A stretch of DNA of 64,000 nt from the human T2T-CHM13v2.0 reference genome, Homo sapiens. The notes beneath the pieces are model-generated. The model ran no database searches. It was given only the letters and a program-made list of their open reading frames with translations, and was not told the DNA's origin. The position numbers and the translations under genes are program-made. The stretch is from assembly GCF_009914755.1 (NCBI RefSeq), contig NC_060925.1, one strand, 5' to 3'. Positions 56,377 through 64,000 of this stretch are shown one piece after another; the first letter of the stretch is position 1, and each line of letters begins with the position of its first letter.

Positions 56377-58734
56377 GTTTACAAAAGTCCTTTCTGCTCT
56401 CCTTGAACAAGAAAACATTTTGTGTTGTATTTTTAATATAAGATATTAATTCATTAAATAGCTTAGCTTTTCACATTATACTATTTTGTAATGTTTGGTA
56501 GTTCTTCATTCATGGTCCACTTCTCTCCAATTGAACTCCATTCTCCTTAAAGGTAGACAAGAGTTTATATTTCTTTTTTTTTCTTTCTTAGAAATAAATT
56601 CACAGTAGATATTTAGTGTCTCCTTGTTGATGAGGTGATACAAGTACCCTGAGCAGCTCAGCTTTCTGGATCTTATAAGTCCATTGAACACATAACACAA
56701 CTGGCAAAGATATTTCAAAAAATGTGCTGCTAAAAACGTAACTTAGTCTATCATTTTACTATTAAATCAAAAGCAAAAACAGTAAACAAACTCCTTTCTA
56801 GAAGCTCCACTTCTATGTTTCATATTAAAAACTCTGAATTGTGTTAAATGGCAGGCTTAAGCATTTGTTTAAATCAATTTCATTCATTCATTCAACAGAT
56901 ATTTAATGAATTCCTTTTAAATGTCAGTCTTCAAGTTTCTGCTGATGAAGCAGTTAATAAAGCAAAGATCTTACCTTCATATCTAGTAAATTTTTGTAAG
57001 GAATTTTGCAACTAATATGCTTATCACAGGATTTATTTTTTCTTGTCTTTATGTTAATCTTGGAAAATACTCAATGTTAAAGATGTAGTTTTTGATTTAT
57101 TATCTGTTCTTCAGTGAACATAAGAAGACCTCTTACATATTTTAAGTAATTATAGTAATTATACCCAATAATTAAATAATCAAGAAAGATCCATTCTATT
57201 TTGTCTAAATGAGTCAAAGGGAATTGAAAGTAATGGTCTATCTGGCAGAGTTGTGTGTAATTATTTTCCATTAATATTTGCAATAGACCAGAACTTAGGC
57301 TTGGAAAAACACAATGCTATGGGGGACATTACAGAAGAAACTAGAAACTAAGTAGGCTTGTATAATATTGTACTAAGTAGCATTTTATTGTTGTTATATA
57401 AGAAAATAACATATTGTTATTGCCCTTAGTGCAGCTAGCATGGAGATTCAGACCTTCAGGAATAAACCCTGATGGGGTGATCTCTGACTGATGTTAACAT
57501 TTTGCTCTCAGCAACACATCCTTGCAAACAAAACAGCATATAATTGCTGTGACCTTGGGGAAACATCAGTTTCCTAAAGATAAATTGACCAACACATATA
57601 AAAGGCATGCAATTTCAAACTAATCAAACATACAACAGCTTAAATAACTGGCATTCAGGAAATGAGCATACTTTAAAAAGAATGCAGAATCATGTCCTCA
57701 TCTTAAATTCCTTTCACAGACATTGCAAAGGATGGTTATTGCTTGCACAAGTACTTTGGTATTTTTTCCTCAAGCCGCTCAGAGGCTTCAGGCCTCCCAG
57801 TGAAGCAGAAAGCTCTAATATGGTTCCTTCTGATCTTGCCCTTCCAAGATTGTGTCTGGGTGAACATGGGAAAGAGGTAACAGGAGATCTATACTAGAGC
57901 CAGGGCTTCTGAGAAAGCCTGATGGATGAACAGCAATTAGTAGAATTACCTGCAAGGCAGGACTCAAGCAGCAGTGGGTAACTATTTGATCCCTGGTTCA
58001 GTCGTTGCTTTTCCCTATGTTACAGCTTCCACTGGCACACTCTTGCTCCATAGAGTGCCTTCCTTTTTCTAGACAACCAGACCACACCTTTGCAAACATA
58101 ATAGTGAGGAGGTAAACTTGACAAAACAATTCTTTGTTTTTTTTTTCTTGATATGGATAAATTTACACAAGTAGATGTTCTTTAGTTCATATAGAATAAG
58201 ATAGTTCTTGAAAAAGAAAGGCACCAAAGTAGAAATAAATTTGTTTAGAATATGACTTTTTACTTTTTAATCTCCAGTTACCATGAAGAATAATGCACAT
58301 GCTGAGAAATTTAGTGATTATTTTGTATCTCTGCCAGTTAACAACCATCTCAAGGAATAATTTTCTCCTCAGGATCAGAAAGCAGATCTTGAGTTTAACA
58401 GGCTATAACAGGGAGACAGCAAAAGAGAAACCTGTAGAAATAGGTCCTGTTTCCAAGGATTCTGTGTTTATAACAGTCAAAAGACTCAAAAGAAATTATA
58501 TTTGGAAAAGCCCTGGAAACCATCTACATCAGCTTTCTCAAATTGCAGTGAGAGAACATCTTTTAGCCTTTCGGTGAAAACTAATTGTGAAGGCTCTTTA
58601 TTGTATTACTGCTCATAATTGCATTGTGGCCAGCTTTATGCATCAGAAAATTCTATGCAAAATCGTCTTCTTTGCAAATTCCACTCATGATTTATAGTTC
58701 TGCCTTTTAGAGCCATGTGGGGAAGCAAGCAGGT

Positions 58735-59113
58735 TTATATGGTTTGGCTGTGTCCCCACCCAAATCTCATCTTGAATTGTAGTTCCCATAATCCCCACAT
58801 GTCGTGGGAGGGACGCAGTGGGAAGTAATTTAATCATGGGGGCAGTTACCCTCATGCTGTCATCCTGATAGTGAATGAGTTCTCACAAGATCTAATGGTT
58901 CGACAATGGGGCTTTCTCCTCTTTTGCTTGGCAATTCTCCTTTCTGCTTCCATGTGAAGAAGGACACATTTGCTTCCCTTTTTGCCAGAGTTGTAAGTTT
59001 CCTGAGGTCTCCCCAGCTATGCTAAACTGTGAGTCAATTAAACTTCTTTTCTTTATAAATTATCCAGTCTCATATATATATTTTTATTAGCAGCGTGATA
59101 ATGGACTAATACA
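58735..59113 (+). mobile_element. THE1 MaLR solo LTR (THE1C/D-like)
   Basis: T(T)ATATGGTTTGGCTGTGTCCCCACCC ... GGACTAATACA; perfect TSD CAGGT (58730-34, 59114-18). Confidence 0.93.
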
Positions 59114-60639
59114 CAGGTTATGTCTCCATATACAAGACCAATATATTCCACACAGGTTATATCTAGTAAAATATAGGGTGCAAAGTGAATAGGAAATTGG
59201 TACATAGGAACCTTCACTTTGGCTGTCTGAAGGAAATGTTGTTGGCATGCAATAAATATTCATTAAGCTGTGCACACTGATGGGCACTGGGAAAGATTGT
59301 TAAACTGTGTGAAAAATATACCTTCTGAATTATGTTGCTGAAATGCATAAAATTCTTTCAAAGTTCATCCAGGTTTTATAAAAAAGTATCTTCCCTTATA
59401 TTTCTTTGTATTTTCCCACCGTAAAATTAAGGTCAATAACCACAAGTGTTCTCAATTGAAGCCACACTTGCTATATCCAGCTACTCTTCTCTACACTCCA
59501 TTTGTTCCAGGGGACCTGAGCTACTCATCATTTTTCTAGAACCATTTTGGTTTTATTTATCTATGTCTTTGATTCTTTTCTTCTAGTATTTTCTTCCATA
59601 GCTGTTAAAATTTTACTCATATATGACCTTGTGAAGCTATTCCCTGACTGCAGTCAGAGAAGAAACCTCATAGCAAACTGCACCATTATTAAAAACAACC
59701 ATTCTGCTTTTTAATAAATACACTCATACACATGTGACTTACCATATTGTCTCATAAATATTTTTTCTACCAGAGGTCATTTCTAATTAGCATTACCTTC
59801 TTATGAGGAAATAAATAAATTGATTGTGTATAGACTCTGCTCAGAGAAATGAATGCTCCTCAGTCTAAATGTCTTCCCAAAAGAAACTGAGTTCTGCAGA
59901 CCTACTGCTTGATAATGGTCAGAATATATTTCACTAAAGATGGGGTTGGAGTAAGAACTGTGAAGAGATATGCTTTAGAAAAATAGTATGTATGGAAGTC
60001 TAATCTCTGGTTCACGTCATAGAAATATGTCAGAATTTTAGGTCATGGATCAAGATTGAAAGAGCTAGAAAAACATTAAAAATTCTGTAATGTTTACATG
60101 CAAATCTTTTTATTTTTTTAAAGGAATTTCTTCAGTTAAACAAGGTGTATTTTTCAGCAACAAGCTATTGCTAATGTTCACCTCTTGCTCTCTTGTCATC
60201 CTTCTCATATACATACCAATGCCCATCCAAAAATGTACTATTAGTGAATAATTTTGATTTAATTTGATCAGTGGAAAATTCCACCCTGGATTTTGCCCTC
60301 ATGACTGTCCCTGCTACACAGGCCTCTTTGCACAATACACAAGTCTCAGACCAACAAGGCCACATGGAACAGTTTATCTGTGACCACTGGCCTGGACTGC
60401 ATCTGAGAAATTTAAAACTGGCTATATATCTAGAGAGGGGAAGAATAGAACCCTGGAAAGATGGGTAGTCTATTTATAAAGACTATTGAAGACCACTGAA
60501 TTTGATGCCAAAGCACACAACTTTCCACTATCACATGAGTTGCTCCAATCTAATATTATTCTACAATTGTAATAAATGCCTTGTTAGAAAAGGTAAAGAG
60601 GCTAATCTATCTTACTTTTAAAAATTTAGCTAAGAGTGT

Positions 60640-61197
60640 CAAAAAAAAAAGGAGTTGAAATGGAGTATGTATACAGGGGTTCAAGTGATTGAGGAGCTGA
60701 TCCAGGAAAAAGATATAACCATGAGGCAGGTGGCACTTAGACATGGTTGCATAACAGGTGATGTCTCTCCCAGCAAGAGACTGTCCAGAAGTATACAGTG
60801 TGAAGGCCACCATCCAGCAGAGGAGGACAGTGGAGTTCCTATGGAAGGTGGGAATTAGAGAGGAGACTTACTTCTCCAGGTGATATCCCTCAGCAGCACA
60901 CTAGGGAGTCTCTCAGTCACAGAGCCCCAGAAGTGTAGAAACAAAGCTTGGGGTTTATCTTATCCATTGCTAGCAGGCGGATGGGGGTGGTGGTGAGGTT
61001 TGGCAGGATATGTAAAGCAGGCGGGCCCTAAATGGCTAAAAATCTGCTAGCTTGGGCTATTTTTAAATAATTAGATGTGTAAAAATTTGAGTTTAGAACT
61101 GGCAGAATTTTGAGCTAAGGGCTTCAGCTTGCAAGTGAAGGAATAGAGAACATAGTGGCCAATAAACAGAGGCCATCTTAGGCTTATTTCTGTAACA
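60640..61197 (-). mobile_element. ERVL LTR (MER76-like)
   Basis: Reverse strand starts TGTTACAGAAATAAGCCTAAGATGGCCTCTG..AGCAGATTTTTAGCCATTTAG; left boundary uncertain. Confidence 0.6.
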
Positions 61198-61480
61198 ATA
61201 GAAAACAGAAGATTGCATTTCATCTCCGGAGACCATAAGAGGACACAGACACAGCATGAGTCCCAGGACTGTATCTTTAAATATAAAACAGGAATGAAGA
61301 AAATAAGGTGGGATCTGAGCCTGAGGCTTAGTAGTGGAGAGGCCTTAAAGAGTCTCCAGCAAAGGTCTGTAGAAACCACCAAGAACCAGTGACCTTCTAC
61401 TAAAGAGAATGTTCCTTTATGCTTTTCAAAGCCCTTCTCCATTACTTCTTACTTCAGTCATGCAGGTACAGTTCTTTTCC

Positions 61481-61563
61481 AAAAAACAAAACAAAACAAA
61501 AAACAAAAAACAAAAAAACCCACAACAACAACGAAAACACAAAGAAACAAACAAACAAAAAAA
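61481..61563 (+). repeat. A-rich (CAAAA/CAA/CAAA) low-complexity repeat
   Basis: Direct inspection. Confidence 0.9.
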
Positions 61564-62497
61564 CCCCACAATTTTTTTGTCAGTTCAAAGCATCTTTTTG
61601 TCTTCCTCAAAATATCTAAGAATTTCTGTAGATGTTTACCAGTTCATGCTTGATTCGTGCTTGATTTTACACAAAATTACAAGTATAAGTATATTGTATC
61701 TGAAACAAAGACTATAATATTTTGGTTTATATTTAGTTTTTAACCCTTAAAATGTTTATTTAAGTATACCATGTGCCAGAATACATTATTCCAGAACTTG
61801 GGAACAGGACTTGATGAAAGGACATAGCTTCTGTGCTCATAGAGCTTATATTAATGGGTGAACTAAGACTAAGGAATGTAACTAGACTGTCTTTCTGCAC
61901 AGCTTGAGTGGATGAAATAGTACAGCTCCAATCCATTCTGTAAGTGTAGTTGAATCTGCACATGCTAATAAGTGTAGGGAGGACAGTAGTTCAGTGACAA
62001 TATTTCTATCCATTATTTTGGGTTTCTCCTAGAGTTTCAAGTCTCTGGAGGAAAGTCAGTCTGGTCCAGTTCACTTCTACATAGGTGAATGAAGAAAAAA
62101 AAAAAAGAAAACTAAATTCTGACTGATGCTTGGCAAGGAGAGGCCCTGACAAAGTTCCTGGCCTCTATAAAGTCCAAATGTGCTAACGCAGATTCACCCC
62201 TTGTATTAGGGAATCAGAAAACAAAGTCATTCACTCCACAGTGTAACACTTATGGGAAGATTCACACCTAATTAGGCCCTTTGAGTTAAAGGTCTATCAG
62301 GTTTCTGTTGCTGTATGGGCAGGAGGTTGAAAAGATTCAGGTAGCATGTTCTCCAGGCCATTGAGTGCCAAAGGAATGTTTCTTGATTGTGAAGTGCCTC
62401 AGAAGTGTAGGATAAGGCTCTGACAACTTCCTAGGGCAGGCAGTTGCTGCCTACTTCAGTGAAGCTTTATCAAAGTGTTAAGTCTTGGGTACAGAGA

Positions 62498-63199
<702 letters not shown>

Positions 63200-63289
63200 A
63201 AGGGTCATGACTGAATTCTCCATTCCACTGGTGCCACATCTCCCTAATGAGAACATTGTGCAGTATTCTTAAGGAAAAGAAAATTGGCA

Positions 63290-63572
63290 AGCATCAAGTT
63301 CATTAAAGATAATATAACTAGATTTGGATAAGGTCATGGAATGGAGCCAATAATGGTATTATTACCTTTATAAGGGGATGATGAGACCAGAGCACTTTTT
63401 CTCCACCATGTGAAGATACAGAAAGGTGTCTATCTGCAGATTAAGAAAGAGGGTCCTCACTAGGACTCTCAGTCAGCTTGGACTTCTCAGTCTCTAGAAC
63501 TGTGAGAAATAAATTCCTGGTATCTAAGCCACCCAGTTTATGGTAGTTACTGGGTCTGAGAAAACTGAGACA
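63290..63572 (+). mobile_element. MST/MLT1A-like LTR, partial
   Basis: GGACTTCTCAGTCTCTAGAACTGTGAGAAATAAAT..AAGCCACCCAGTTTATGGTA..ACTGAGACA. Confidence 0.75.
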
Positions 63573-64000
63573 GAGGTCTGCTCTTCACAAAACCAATAAT
63601 CCTATTTTGAGTAATACTGATACATTCTTCTAAAACAATTGGTACCCATGCCCCTATACTCAGAAATTCTATCTTCTCTAATGCCAAAGAGTGCAATTCT
63701 CAAAAAGAGAGGGAAATTCCACAATTGTAAGGTGATATTTCTGTGAGATATTTGACATCTGCTCTCATTAAAGAAAAAAAAATTACATACTTAATTTCTG
63801 TTGGGGCAATTGCCCTTATGTGCACAATTCATATGCAGTTGAAGATAGTGATGAGTGTGTTCTAGGCAGAGAAGAACAGTTATGAAAGCATAACCACAGA
63901 GACAGACAGAATACAAAGAACTGCAGTATTTAGTATGAGAGAGGTTTAGGGAAGGTATAGTCTGATGGCAAGAGGTGAGAAGGAAGGAAGAGAAAGTAAT

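Overview
AT-rich, CpG-depleted primate genomic DNA, most likely human because it carries an L1 3' end with the human-specific pre-Ta diagnostics (ACG plus G). I found no host protein-coding exon, RNA gene or CpG-island promoter. The window is a mosaic of retrotransposon and DNA-transposon fossils: Alu J/S, L1 from ancient L1M to L1HS, L2, MIR, many MaLR/ERV LTRs, and MER/Tigger elements. Blocks of unique sequence lie between them. The only real protein-like ORFs are fragments of L1 ORF2 (45.4-47.9 kb, minus strand). The other listed ORFs are Alu, L1, simple-repeat or chance read-throughs. LTRs occur in both orientations, which favours an intergenic or gene-desert setting. The most notable items are a 144-bp pre-Ta L1HS with an almost absent TSD, a series of three successively younger minus-strand L1PA insertions within 11 kb, a perfect 19-bp inverted repeat inside a decayed MER3-like remnant, a 319-nt pure-purine GAA/GGA tract with no parent Alu, and a MER53 hairpin. 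I do not see evidence for a novel biological system. Repeat subfamily names come from recall of consensus sequences, and boundaries of old elements are approximate.
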